Source: Rikenellaceae bacterium (GTDB lineage: Bacteria > Bacteroidota > Bacteroidia > Bacteroidales > Rikenellaceae). From it: a stretch of DNA of 64,000 nucleotides. This document shows positions 9,593 through 20,171 of the stretch, one piece after another. Positions within the stretch are counted from its first letter, which is position 1. The number at the start of each line of letters is the position of its first letter. The stretch spans positions 38,005-102,004 of the forward strand of contig JBCQUJ010000003.1 in assembly GCA_047174045.1 (NCBI GenBank), read 5' to 3'. The notes under the pieces are model-generated. The model was not told the DNA's origin. It saw only the letters and a program-made list of their open reading frames with translations, and did no database searches. The position numbers and the translations under genes were made by a program.

Positions 9593-10360
9593 CTAAAGCA
9601 CCTTTATAGCCTCTTTGTACCCAATCTCTATTAGCTCCTTGTATGATGAAAAATCGTAAATCTCATATTTCGACAACTCCGGAAAAGATATATACTTATC
9701 ACACTGTGCCACCCTTGGTTTCTGAATCTCATTCATCATGGCACCATAGTATCGTTTCGCCATAACCGAGTGCGAAATATCATCCGTAATTGGCGGAATA
9801 TTTTGAACATCTGCCCCAATTATGTAGCACCCTGCATCAACCAACGGCTCTACCGGCAAATTATTCATCACTCCCCCGTCAACTAGCGTTCGACCATCAA
9901 CAACAACCGGATTAAAGATCATCGGTATCGACATCGAAGCCAAGATATACTTAACAAGTTCGCCACGACTCTCAATGCTCCACTCTGGCACCGATATGTC
10001 AGTCACGCTAAGGTGAAACTCGCGCTTCAGCCCCTCGAAGGTATTGTGCGGAATCAGCTTCAAAAGAGCCTCCTCCACCTTGTCGTGCGAGATCAACCCT
10101 CTGCTCAACGTTATACTTGGCTTTACGAAGTTGATCATATTGTAGAATTTATACTCCGCAATGATCTCGACCATATCGCTATAGCCATAACCCTGCGCAT
10201 ACAACGCCCCAACAATAGCCCCCATGCTAGCGCCAGAAACAACCTGTGGCTCTATGCCACGCTCCTCCAAAGCCCTTATAACGCCAACATGCGCCAGACC
10301 CAACGCTGCGCCGCCGCTGAAGCAGACACCAACTCTTCTACCTTTTCTTGACTCATACAT
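9593..10360 (-). CDS. Patatin-like phospholipase
   Basis: SGGAALG oxyanion loop, GASMG nucleophile motif, DGG catalytic Asp. Confidence 0.92.
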   Translation of the reverse strand: MYESRKGRRVGVCFSGGAALGLAHVGVIRALEERGIEPQVVSGASMGAIVGALYAQGYGYSDMVEIIAEYKFYNMINFVKPSITLSRGLISHDKVEEALLKLIPHNTFEGLKREFHLSVTDISVPEWSIESRGELVKYILASMSIPMIFNPVVVDGRTLVDGGVMNNLPVEPLVDAGCYIIGADVQNIPPITDDISHSVMAKRYYGAMMNEIQKPRVAQCDKYISFPELSKYEIYDFSSYKELIEIGYKEAIKVL

Positions 10361-10426
10361 AGTGCAATATTACAAAAAAAAGAGATAGGTTATTGCCAAT
10401 CCACAAATAATCCATACATTTGCATC

Positions 10427-10610
10427 GCAAACGGTTCCTAAATTTAGGATTAAAAGGGAATTGGGTGAGAAGCCCAGACAGTTCCCGCTGCTGTAAGTTC
10501 ATAAGGCTGTTTCTTCGGAAAACAAACCTTGGAGAGTGCAAAATACCACTGGCTACTAAGCTGGGAAGGTGCATCTCTCAATTGAGCGAGTCAGAAGACC
10601 TGCCGTGTTG
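10427..10610 (+). promoter_or_regulatory. Cobalamin (B12) riboswitch
   Basis: GGTT..AAAAGGGAA..GGTGAGAAGCC..ACAGTTCCCGCTGCTGTAA...CCACTGG...GGGAAGG...GAGTCAGAAGACCTGCC (B12 box); upstream of a TonB receptor and cbi genes; TACATTTG promoter at 10415. Confidence 0.95.
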
Positions 10611-10782
10611 CCAATTTAGTTTTTCTTGCAAAGCACGGGTAAATGTTTTGGAAAACATCGCATCTTTTTGATTGCTAATAAAATAGGTCGTATAATCTTC
10701 GCGCCTAAGCAACTCTCTCTTTTGCGTTTGCTCTGTAAGAAAGCTAGGTTTAATTTTAACTTTTTAAAACCTTTTTCAAGTA

Positions 10783-12759
10783 ATGAGATTCAAATCTTTC
10801 ACAAAACGCGGAGTGCTTCTTGTCGCAGCAACAATTGCCACTGCAACAAACCTCTCTGCCCAGACCAACCAAGAGATTGACCAAATCGTAGTTAGCGTTG
10901 CTGGCTCGCCTCGCAAACTAAAAGACACCCCGGTGCCGATCTCGGTCATCACTGCGGCGGAGCTAAAGCAGGGCAACATCTTCTCAATCGAGGATGCCCT
11001 AACCAAACTCTCACCAAACATCTCCGTAATGACCAACGGAATGGGAACAACCGTTTCGTTGAATGGCCTTGATGATGATTATTTCGTCTTTTTAGAGAAT
11101 GGCGACAGAATCTATGGCGACAACCCATTCGCTAGAATCGATATGAGCCGCGTTGTTCGCATCGAAATCTTGTCAGGTGCATCTTCAGTTCTATATGGTA
11201 CAAACGCAATCGGAGGTGTCATAAACATCGTTACTGAGGGGGCAGCACAGAGCGAAGACAGAATCAGCGGTAACGCTCGTACACAATTCTCCTCTCATGG
11301 TCGCCTTCGCACATCGCTTGGCGCAGATGTTAAGCGCGGTAAGGTCGAAACATCGACCAACTTTAGCCGTAACGAATCAGACGGCTGGCAATTGAACGAA
11401 TATGTCGAGAGTGGCGATGAACTTCTTGCTACTAACAGACCTGCGTCGGTAGGTTTCAGAACAAGTACCTTTTCGCAATCTGTAAACTACAACGCAACAG
11501 AAAGGTTGTCGTTCAAGCTCAACGGCTCATACTACGACTATAAGACACGCCGTCCACAAACAGCATCCGAAGGCAACACGGCCTACACTTACGATATGGC
11601 ACATGAGGATATAACGCTCGGTACAACTGCCACATATAAGCTAAAAACGCTCGGTACAATCGAGGCAAACTACTATTGGGACCATTACACATCGTCATAC
11701 GACTACTTCAATAGCGCCACAAATGGCGATCTTGCCGGCACATCTGTCGAACGCAAAGCTACCCATTTCCACAACGCGAACCTAATGTCACGCCTCGACT
11801 TCGATAAGGCAGGACAACTAACCTCTGGCCTTGAATATATCCGCGAAACATTAACTAGCGTATCTGAGTCTGTAGATCTTGAGAGCGCATTCACGGCGAC
11901 ACTCTACTCTCAATATGAGGTTTCGCCGCTTCGCAACCTCTACTTCATGGGAGGTTTTAGATATAGCTACCACGAGGAGTTCAACAGCAACATAACGTAC
12001 CATGCAGCAGTGCGCTACGCAATCGCAGGGCTAAACCTTCGCGCATCGTACTCCACTGGTTTCAAGGCTCCAACGCTATCAAACCTCTATGCCCCAGCAT
12101 CATCAAGCAGAGGAATATTAAGCCTTCCAAACATCGACTTGCGTCCAGAGACCAACAACTACTACTCTGTCAACGCAGAGTATAGCAACAAATGGTTCTC
12201 TGCATCGGTCACAGCATATCAAAACAACATCAAGAATATGATCTCATACGAGGTTATAGCTGAGGGAGAAGATGCCGAAAACTACGGCGAAGGTGGCTAC
12301 ACTTCTGTTAAGCAACTCACAAACTCATCAGAGGCGCGCGTAAGTGGTGTTACTGTTGCGGTGAACCTATCGCCTGGTTATGGCATAACTATCGGTGCCG
12401 GATATAACTACATTGATGCCGTAGATTACGACACCAATATGCCAACAAACAGAAGCGTTCCACACGTCGTAACAGCAAACGCATCTTGGGGCCACCAATG
12501 GCAACGCTATGGGCTTAAACTGGCGCTTAACGGTCGTTTTTCAGACGAACGCTACTCCGTATCGTATGGCTATGCACCAAGCTATCAGCAATGGGATTTC
12601 ACAACATCGCATAGTTTCAAATTAAAATCCGTAACTTTGGAACCTACTCTCGGTGTTGAGAACATTTTCAACTACGTTGACGACAGACCTTGGAACAGCA
12701 ACTACGCTACCCTAACACCTGGTCGCTCGTTCTTCGCAGCACTTGGAGTGAAATTTTAA
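10783..12759 (+). CDS. btuB: TonB-dependent cobalamin receptor (BtuB-like)
   Basis: Signal peptide, plug domain (RIEILSGASSVLYGTNAIGGVINI), C-terminal PGRSFFAALGVKF; lies under the B12 riboswitch. Confidence 0.85.
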   Translation: MRFKSFTKRGVLLVAATIATATNLSAQTNQEIDQIVVSVAGSPRKLKDTPVPISVITAAELKQGNIFSIEDALTKLSPNISVMTNGMGTTVSLNGLDDDYFVFLENGDRIYGDNPFARIDMSRVVRIEILSGASSVLYGTNAIGGVINIVTEGAAQSEDRISGNARTQFSSHGRLRTSLGADVKRGKVETSTNFSRNESDGWQLNEYVESGDELLATNRPASVGFRTSTFSQSVNYNATERLSFKLNGSYYDYKTRRPQTASEGNTAYTYDMAHEDITLGTTATYKLKTLGTIEANYYWDHYTSSYDYFNSATNGDLAGTSVERKATHFHNANLMSRLDFDKAGQLTSGLEYIRETLTSVSESVDLESAFTATLYSQYEVSPLRNLYFMGGFRYSYHEEFNSNITYHAAVRYAIAGLNLRASYSTGFKAPTLSNLYAPASSSRGILSLPNIDLRPETNNYYSVNAEYSNKWFSASVTAYQNNIKNMISYEVIAEGEDAENYGEGGYTSVKQLTNSSEARVSGVTVAVNLSPGYGITIGAGYNYIDAVDYDTNMPTNRSVPHVVTANASWGHQWQRYGLKLALNGRFSDERYSVSYGYAPSYQQWDFTTSHSFKLKSVTLEPTLGVENIFNYVDDRPWNSNYATLTPGRSFFAALGVKF

Positions 12760-12778
12760 AAGTATATAAAACAAGAAT

Positions 12779-14188
12779 ATGAGCACAGGTCAAATAATTG
12801 TCGTTGGCATAGGTCCCGGAGAGGAGCGCGAAATAACACCAGAGGTGCTAAACGCACTGAAGGAGGCAGATGTAATCATTGGATATAAGCACTATTTCCA
12901 ATTCATCGCTGCGCAACTAAATCCAAACACGGAGTGCATCGACACGGGAATGAAGCAAGAGACGCAACGTGCCCAGAAAGCATTCGACCTTGCGGAGAGT
13001 GGCCGTAAAGTTGTTGTCATCAGCTCTGGCGATGCTGGAATCTATGGCATGGCACCTCTCATCTTGGAGATGAAGCAGCAACGCAGCAGCGATATTCTTG
13101 TCGAGGTCATGCCTGGCATCAGTGCCTTCCAAAAGGCGGCAGCACTTCTTGGCGCACCTATCGGCCACGACCTTTGCCTTATCTCTCTTTCAGACCTTAT
13201 GACGCCATGGGAGGTCATCGAGCGCCGCATCACAGCGGCTGCATCAGCAGATTTCGTAACTGCGGTCTATAACCCAAAGAGTATAGGTCGCTACTGGCAA
13301 TTACCTCGCCTTATCGAGATCTTCTTGAGCCATCGTTCGCACGACACACCTGTCGGCTATGTTCGCAACGCAGGTCGCGCGGAACAGACAATTGTCGCAA
13401 CGACATTGGGTGAATTTGATCCAGAACAGATAGATATGTTCACAGTTGTATTGATCGGAAATTCTCAATCATTCATCACTAGCGACTCAAAAATTACAAC
13501 TCCGCGCGGCTACTACCGCAACGTTGAGAACAAAGATGCGGGTGTCGGAGCGCAAATTATGATGCAGAGCTTTGCACGTATCAATAGCGAGCTAAGTTCG
13601 CAAGATTATGAGCTTGGGCATAAGTGGGCAATGCTCCACGCGATACACACTACGGCGGATTTCGAGATGGAGAAGTTACTCTATAGCGACAATGGTGCGG
13701 TTGAGCTTCTGCACGATAGAGCAACCTCTGGTGCAATAAAAACAATCATCACAGATGTCACTATGGTTAGCTCAGGTGTTCGCAAGGGTGCTTTGGCTCG
13801 ACTTGGAATCGAGGTTAAGTGTTACCTTTCGAATCCTAGAGCTGAGGAGTTGGCAAGCAAACTTGGCATTACTCGCACTCAAGCAGGCATTAGGATTGCT
13901 GTTGAGGAGCATCCCGATGCACTTTTCCTATTTGGCAATGCCCCTACGGCACTTATGGAGCTATGCTCATTGATGCGTAAGGGCGTTGCACGTCCGCAGG
14001 GTGTTATCGCTTCACCTGTTGGCTTTGTGAATGTTGAGGAGTCGAAACACATGATTAAGAGCTTTGCGGATTGCCCAAAACTTATTGTTCAGGGGCGCAA
14101 GGGCGGCAGCAATCTAGCTGCAACATTGACAAACGCAATATTCTCATTTGATGAGGCGGCGCAGATGCGCCCTGGGAAAGATCTATAA
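12779..14188 (+). CDS. cobJ: Precorrin-3B C17-methyltransferase / precorrin-8X methylmutase fusion (CbiH/CobJ-CbiC)
   Basis: VVGIGPG, SSGDAGIYGMA, SLSDLMTPW; C-terminal HTTADF, GNAPTAL, PVGFV, GRKGGS. Confidence 0.92.
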   Translation: MSTGQIIVVGIGPGEEREITPEVLNALKEADVIIGYKHYFQFIAAQLNPNTECIDTGMKQETQRAQKAFDLAESGRKVVVISSGDAGIYGMAPLILEMKQQRSSDILVEVMPGISAFQKAAALLGAPIGHDLCLISLSDLMTPWEVIERRITAAASADFVTAVYNPKSIGRYWQLPRLIEIFLSHRSHDTPVGYVRNAGRAEQTIVATTLGEFDPEQIDMFTVVLIGNSQSFITSDSKITTPRGYYRNVENKDAGVGAQIMMQSFARINSELSSQDYELGHKWAMLHAIHTTADFEMEKLLYSDNGAVELLHDRATSGAIKTIITDVTMVSSGVRKGALARLGIEVKCYLSNPRAEELASKLGITRTQAGIRIAVEEHPDALFLFGNAPTALMELCSLMRKGVARPQGVIASPVGFVNVEESKHMIKSFADCPKLIVQGRKGGSNLAATLTNAIFSFDEAAQMRPGKDL

Positions 14189-14206
14189 ATTTACAGCTAT
14201 AGCGAA

Positions 14207-15394
14207 GTGAAGGTAACGATAATAGGCATAGACGACAGCTCTACCCCATCTTTCTCAAAAGATGTTGTGGCTATCATAGCGCAAGGCAAGCTCTTCTCTG
14301 GAGGCGCTCGCCACCGCGAAATTGTTGGCGCGTTGCTTCCTGATGGATATGAGTGGATAGATATTGTCCCACCTATGACCACTCTATTCGAACGATACAC
14401 TGGATACGATGATGTCGTTGTCTTCGCCTCTGGCGATCCGCTTTTTTATGGTTTTGCACAGAGTGTGCAGCGACTTCTTCCTGATGCGGAGATTGCTGTT
14501 TTCCCACACTTCAACTCTCTCCAGCAGCTTGCCCACGCGGCGCTTATGCCCTACCAAGATATGCACAATGTTTCGCTTACGGGACGTGATTGGCATAAGT
14601 TTGATGCGGCTCTTATCGAGCAGCGCGATATGATTGGAGTCTTGACCGATAGAGTGCTTCACACCCCTACCACTATTGCTTCGCGTATGGTTGAGTATGG
14701 CTATACGAACTACGACATTACAGTCGGTGAGCTGCTTGGCAATGTTGATCAGAAGGTCACAACAATGAGTTTGGAGCAAGCCGCACAGAGCGATTTTGCC
14801 TATCCTAACAATCTGATACTAAAGAGAAGCAGCAAGAGAGCGCGCTCATTCGGTATTCCAGAGAGCGATTTCGAACTGCTTAATGGCAGGGCTAAGATGA
14901 TTACGAAGATGCCGATACGTTTGGCTTCGCTCTCTCAACTCAACTTGAGCGATGCCCAAACAATGTGGGACATCGGCTTCTGCACTGGTTCTGTTTCTGT
15001 TGAGGCTAAATTGCAGTTTCCTCACCTTCGTGTCGTTTCGTTTGAGGTTCGCGAGGAGTGCGCCGCAATTATCGAGAGCAATATGCGCCGTTTCGGCACG
15101 CCTGGCATAGAGTACCACATTGGAGATTTCACTGCGACAGACCTTACGAACATCGCCAATCCTAATGCAATTTTCATCGGAGGTCACGGCGGCAAGATGC
15201 GCCAAATCGTAGATATTGCTGCACCATTGCTAAATCCACAAGGCACTATCGTTTTCAACTCTGTTTCGCAGGAGAGCTATAACGATTTCACGGCTGCTAT
15301 TGAGGCTAATGGCCTAAAGATCGAAAATGAGATAACAATGCAGGTTGATGCTTTCAACCCAATAACGATATTAAAAGCTGTTAAGCAAAAATAG
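14207..15394 (+). CDS. cbiE: Precorrin-6Y C5,15-methyltransferase (decarboxylating) CbiET
   Basis: ASGDPLFYG; MITKMPIR; WDIGFCTGSV SAM-binding motif. Confidence 0.92.
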   Translation: MKVTIIGIDDSSTPSFSKDVVAIIAQGKLFSGGARHREIVGALLPDGYEWIDIVPPMTTLFERYTGYDDVVVFASGDPLFYGFAQSVQRLLPDAEIAVFPHFNSLQQLAHAALMPYQDMHNVSLTGRDWHKFDAALIEQRDMIGVLTDRVLHTPTTIASRMVEYGYTNYDITVGELLGNVDQKVTTMSLEQAAQSDFAYPNNLILKRSSKRARSFGIPESDFELLNGRAKMITKMPIRLASLSQLNLSDAQTMWDIGFCTGSVSVEAKLQFPHLRVVSFEVREECAAIIESNMRRFGTPGIEYHIGDFTATDLTNIANPNAIFIGGHGGKMRQIVDIAAPLLNPQGTIVFNSVSQESYNDFTAAIEANGLKIENEITMQVDAFNPITILKAVKQK

Positions 15395-15406
15395 ATATAA
15401 GAGAAT

Positions 15407-17257
15407 ATGTCACAAGCAACAAAATATGCAATCGTAATTAGCTCCGAATCCTCTTTCAACATGGCTCAAACCATATCGAGGGAGCTAAATAGTGCCGAAA
15501 TCATAACGCGCGCAACAATATCTGGCGCTACACATGTCGATTCGCTTTCTAAGTGGGTCGCAGATAGCTTCGCCAACTTTGACGGCTTTGTATTCATAGG
15601 CGCAATGGGCATTGCTGTTCGTTGCATTGCACCGCATATCGTCTCTAAGGATAGCGATCCTGCTATTGTCAATATCGATTCTGAGGGCCAATTTGTCGTG
15701 TCGTTGCTTTCGGGACACGTTGGTGGGGCTAATAGTTTGACGGAGCGCGTTGCACATATCATTGGTGCTACGCCGGTCATCTCTACGCGTAGCGACTGCA
15801 CCAACAATTGGGCTTTGGATACTATGGGTGCTAGTTTTGGGTGGAAAGTGTCATACAGAGACCTATCGCTGAACAAACCAATTGCAACTCTTGTAAATGG
15901 CGGTAGCACTGCTCTCCTGCTAGATGTTCGCGACAGAGGAACAGATGAGTTGGAGCGTACGAAACCTGCAAATGTCACAATATTTTATAAGTTCGAAGAT
16001 ATAGACCAATCTCAGTTTGAGCTTATTATAGCCGTTACTCCAAGAGTATATAGCGATGCAAAAACCGATATAATATATTACCACCCAGCGATTCTTCACC
16101 TTGGCGTTGGTTGTCGCAAAGATGCTTCGGCAGATGGTGTTGCGCAACATATCGATGGCTATCTTCGCGCAGAGAGTATCTCTCCGCTATCGTTGGCTTC
16201 AATCTCAACAATAGAGATCAAGCGCGATGAGAAGTTAGTTGCAGATGTTAAGAACCATTTTTCACTCTCGACACTTAATATCTATAGCGCAGATGATTTG
16301 TCGGAGGTAGAGGTCCTAAACCCTTCTGCACGCGTTGAGCAAGCTACTGGGGTCGCTAGCGTAAGCGAGTCTTCCGCTCTCCTTAGCGCATCACGCGCTT
16401 CGAGCAACTGCAACGCAGCACTTGTTGTTGAGAAGCAGAAAGGAAGCAGCAACAATAGCGACAATAACTTCACATTTGCAGTAGCTATTGAGCGCGGAGC
16501 GTTGCGCGGCGGACATATCGAGATTGTTGGTGCAGGACCTGGCGATCCTGACCTTGTTTCGGTTCGCGGTCGTCAGATGTTGCAGCGTGCCGATCTTATC
16601 CTCTACGCAGGAAGTCTTGTGCCGATTGAGCTTACACATTGCGCAAAAGTTGGAGCTGTCGTGCGTAGCTCTGCCGATATGAACCTTGAGGAGCAGTTCG
16701 AGATTATGAAGGAGTTCTACGATCGTGGGCTGTTCGTTGTTCGTCTGCATACTGGCGACCCTTGCATCTATGGCGCTATTCAGGAGCAGATGGCATTCTT
16801 CGACCAATATAATATGTCGTACCATATCACTCCTGGAATATCATCGTTCCAGGCAGCAGCTGCGGCGTTGCGTTCGCAATTCACAATTCCAGATAGGATT
16901 CAAACTATAATCTTGACACGCGGCGAGGGTCGCACGGCAATGCCACCAAAGGAGAAGTTGAGCCTTTTGGCACGCTCTCAAAGTACGATGTGCATCTTCC
17001 TTAGCGCCTCTATTGTCGATAAGGTTCAAACCGATTTATTGGAACACTACCCTCCAACGACACCTGTTGCGGCGTGCTACAAACTTACTTGGCGCGATGA
17101 GAAGATTTTCCGCGGCGAGTTGAAGGATCTTGCGCATATTGTCAAGAGCAACAATTTGACATTAACAACTATGATTGTCGTTGGCGACTCTATCGACAAC
17201 CGACAAGGCCTATCAAAGCTATATGACGACAGCTTCAAACACCTATTTAGAAAATAG
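15407..17257 (+). CDS. cobM: CbiG / precorrin-4 C11-methyltransferase (CbiF/CobM) fusion
   Basis: N-terminal CbiG (GIAVR..K.SDPA, LLSGHVGGAN, LGVGCRK); C-terminal VGAGPGDPDL, RLHTGDP, PGISSF. Confidence 0.92.
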   Translation: MSQATKYAIVISSESSFNMAQTISRELNSAEIITRATISGATHVDSLSKWVADSFANFDGFVFIGAMGIAVRCIAPHIVSKDSDPAIVNIDSEGQFVVSLLSGHVGGANSLTERVAHIIGATPVISTRSDCTNNWALDTMGASFGWKVSYRDLSLNKPIATLVNGGSTALLLDVRDRGTDELERTKPANVTIFYKFEDIDQSQFELIIAVTPRVYSDAKTDIIYYHPAILHLGVGCRKDASADGVAQHIDGYLRAESISPLSLASISTIEIKRDEKLVADVKNHFSLSTLNIYSADDLSEVEVLNPSARVEQATGVASVSESSALLSASRASSNCNAALVVEKQKGSSNNSDNNFTFAVAIERGALRGGHIEIVGAGPGDPDLVSVRGRQMLQRADLILYAGSLVPIELTHCAKVGAVVRSSADMNLEEQFEIMKEFYDRGLFVVRLHTGDPCIYGAIQEQMAFFDQYNMSYHITPGISSFQAAAAALRSQFTIPDRIQTIILTRGEGRTAMPPKEKLSLLARSQSTMCIFLSASIVDKVQTDLLEHYPPTTPVAACYKLTWRDEKIFRGELKDLAHIVKSNNLTLTTMIVVGDSIDNRQGLSKLYDDSFKHLFRK

Positions 17258-17268
17258 TACACGATAGT

Positions 17269-18321
17269 ATGAGCATGAGAGAGTTTAAGATAAAGCAGAT
17301 CAAGAGAGAGCTTCTGCCAGAGATCCAAGATAAGATCGACAACCTTACAAAACCGAAGGGTTCGCTGGGTCGTCTTGAAGAGCTTGCACTTCAGATTAGC
17401 GCTATACAGCAGAGCTTAAACCCGAAACTCACAGCACCGCATCATGTTGTTTTCGCAGCAGATCACGGCATCGTTGAACATGGCGTTAGCGTCTCTCCGA
17501 AGCAAGTTACTAGAGAGATGGTCTACAACTTTATGGGTGGCGGCGCTGGCATCAATTTCTTGGCGCGCCAACACAATTTTGCTCTAAAGATTGTCGATGC
17601 TGGAGTTGATCACGACTTCACACAAGATGATATATATGACCGAATCATCGACATGAAGATTGCCAACGGCACAAAGGATTACCTTCACGAGGCTGCTATG
17701 AGCCATGATGAGTGCGACAAAGCGATTGAGTGCGGCGCTAAGGTTGTAGATATGTGCTTTGCCGATGGCTGCAACGTCATCAGCTTTGGAGAGATGGGAA
17801 TTACAAATACTTCGTCATCTGCTATCTGGATGAGCCTCCTTTGTAACATCGACTTGAAGGAGTGCGTAGGTGCAGGAAGCGACAATACGGGAGATATCAT
17901 CAACCACAAATACAATGTTTTGAGACAAGCGGTAGATAACTACAGCGGCGATGGTTCAGCCATAGATGTTATGCGCTACTTCGGTGGTTTTGAGATGGTT
18001 ATGAGCGTTGGCGCGATGTTGCGTGCGGCGGAATTGGGAATGGTTGTTCTTATCGATGGCTTCATCATGAGTGCTTGCGCCCTTGTCGCATCTCGAATAG
18101 AACCTCTATTCATGGAGTATGCAATTTTCGGACATTGCGGAGATGAAACGGGACACAAGATGTTGCTAGAGAGCATTGGCGCACGACCAATCTTAAACCT
18201 TGCACTGCGCCTTGGCGAGGGTACGGGAGCGCTTTGCGCCTATCCTATCGTTGATTCTGCTGTTAGAATGATCTGTGAGATGAGTTCATTCAAGAGCGTT
18301 TCTGTTACGAAATATTTCTAA
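17269..18321 (+). CDS. cobT: Nicotinate-nucleotide--dimethylbenzimidazole phosphoribosyltransferase
   Basis: LTKPKGSLGRLE, AADHG, GEMGITNT, IDGFI, LRLGEGTGA. Confidence 0.95.
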   Translation: MSMREFKIKQIKRELLPEIQDKIDNLTKPKGSLGRLEELALQISAIQQSLNPKLTAPHHVVFAADHGIVEHGVSVSPKQVTREMVYNFMGGGAGINFLARQHNFALKIVDAGVDHDFTQDDIYDRIIDMKIANGTKDYLHEAAMSHDECDKAIECGAKVVDMCFADGCNVISFGEMGITNTSSSAIWMSLLCNIDLKECVGAGSDNTGDIINHKYNVLRQAVDNYSGDGSAIDVMRYFGGFEMVMSVGAMLRAAELGMVVLIDGFIMSACALVASRIEPLFMEYAIFGHCGDETGHKMLLESIGARPILNLALRLGEGTGALCAYPIVDSAVRMICEMSSFKSVSVTKYF

Positions 18322-20171
18322 CCAACAACAGAGGCTTCAACAGCTCCGCTATCGCTTATTAGCAGAAACTCAAGCGTTCCATTTGGCAGCAATGGCTTGC
18401 AATGGTCAAAACATCGTTGCGCAATTAGCTGCATCAAAGCGTAATCTTCACGCGGTATTGCACTCCATAGTTCGCGCGCAGTGTTTACCCCAGCAATTTT
18501 CGCTATTGTCGCACTGCTGCAATTTGCTTCAGTCGCTAGCTCCGCGATAAACTCTCTATCTATTGTCGCACTCTTGCTATGTGTATCGAGGTGTCCTGCA
18601 GCTAGCTTCACAGCTTTTCCAACCATACACCCTATGGTCACTCTCTCCAGATCATGTTGCGCCGCGAGTTCAATTGTCGCCCCAACCAAATTCCCGTAGT
18701 GGATGTAACACTGCGCTGGAAGATCGTCCCTATACGCCTTTACATACCCCTCACTCATCGCGCCAGAGTTAATCACAATCGCCTTTTCGCCTAATGCTTT
18801 AACGATTCGAACCTGCTGCTCTATCGATTGCAGGAACGCTTCGGCCGAAAATGGTTGCACAATTCCCGATGTCCCAAGTATCGATATCCCCCCCAATATT
18901 CCAAGTCGCGGATTGAAGCTCTTCGCTCCAACTTCAGCACCTTTAGGCACCTCAATCGTAACCTCTACAGAGCCACAAACGCCATATTTACTCAACACAA
19001 TAGCAACATTTCTCTCTATCATCGCACGCGGCACAGGGTTTATAGCACCCTCACCAATTGCAATTCCTATTCCCGGCAATGTCACACGCCCTACACCCTC
19101 TCCCGCAACAATCTTCACACTTGTAACAGGGCTTGAAATGAATTTCACTCGCGCTACAATCTCCAAATTATGCGTTGCATCAGGATCATCTCCTCCATCC
19201 TTCACAACAACAGCCTTCGCTACACCATCCTTCTCCGCAATAACATTTGCAACTGCAATATCTATCGGCTCACCATTTGGCAACTCAATCGCCACACATT
19301 CACTTGAACAATTCGCACAACCAACAGCAACTCTCAACGCGGCAACAGTCGCTGCAGTCGCCGCAGAACCTGTCGTAAAACCACTCCTCATCTCGAAGTG
19401 TTTGGGCAGCAACTGCTCTATTGCGCGCCTCAACCCAAACTCACCATATACAGTCTTTGCGTAATTAACCGGCAATGCAGGGCGCTCCACAACCAGCAGC
19501 GCAACACCAAGTTTCTGCGCCATAGCAACTTTCTGAGCAAACCCACCACTTCTCCCACTCTCCTTTGTCACAATTGCTTTTATCTTGTTTTCGCGACAAA
19601 TCGCCTCGATTTGCAACGCTTGCTGATCACTATCTGCCAATAGATCATAGAACAAAACTTTCTCGGCTGGAAAATTCGCACGCTCAATTTCGCGCAACGA
19701 CTCTTCACGATCCATCACACGCAACATCACGCCATTACTCTTTGCTATAGGCACAAATTCAGCGGCAGATTTCACCCCTGTCAATGCTAACACATTACGG
19801 ATATTCTCATATTTAATATATCTCGCAACCTCTGCCATATTATTAAACCGCAGAGTTCCTTCGCAAGAAACATCTTGCTGCAACCTCTCGAATCGCACCA
19901 CCGGAATCTTTAGTTCCTCCGCAGCCGTTGTTATATTCTCGTGTAAAATTTCAGCGTATGGATGTGCCGCATCAATGATTAGCGATATTTCTCGCTCTTT
20001 GAATAGCTTTGCCATTTGCATAGCATCTGCCGCACCGTGAATCTGTTTGGCACAAGTTGCGACTAGCTTCTGCTCTTCGCCCTTTGTCGAGTAGAGATAC
20101 TCTTTGCCCGCGATGTCGCATACGGATGCCGCGACCCGTCCCTCCGTTGTTCCGCCAAAAATCAATATCAT
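18318..20171 (-). CDS. cbiD: Precorrin-6A reductase / cobalt-precorrin-5B C1-methyltransferase fusion (CbiJ-CbiD)
   Basis: FGGTTEG, DAAHPYA, KESGRSGGF (CbiJ); GFTTGSAA, KDGGDDPDATH, NPRLGILGGISILGT (CbiD). Confidence 0.93.
   Translation of the reverse strand: MILIFGGTTEGRVAASVCDIAGKEYLYSTKGEEQKLVATCAKQIHGAADAMQMAKLFKEREISLIIDAAHPYAEILHENITTAAEELKIPVVRFERLQQDVSCEGTLRFNNMAEVARYIKYENIRNVLALTGVKSAAEFVPIAKSNGVMLRVMDREESLREIERANFPAEKVLFYDLLADSDQQALQIEAICRENKIKAIVTKESGRSGGFAQKVAMAQKLGVALLVVERPALPVNYAKTVYGEFGLRRAIEQLLPKHFEMRSGFTTGSAATAATVAALRVAVGCANCSSECVAIELPNGEPIDIAVANVIAEKDGVAKAVVVKDGGDDPDATHNLEIVARVKFISSPVTSVKIVAGEGVGRVTLPGIGIAIGEGAINPVPRAMIERNVAIVLSKYGVCGSVEVTIEVPKGAEVGAKSFNPRLGILGGISILGTSGIVQPFSAEAFLQSIEQQVRIVKALGEKAIVINSGAMSEGYVKAYRDDLPAQCYIHYGNLVGATIELAAQHDLERVTIGCMVGKAVKLAAGHLDTHSKSATIDREFIAELATEANCSSATIAKIAGVNTARELWSAIPREDYALMQLIAQRCFDHCKPLLPNGTLEFLLISDSGAVEASVVG

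Noticed and set aside
12779-20171. CbiH-CbiC, CbiG-CbiF and CbiJ-CbiD fusions as a novelty
   Set aside because: Such fusions are already known from Bacteroidales cobalamin clusters.
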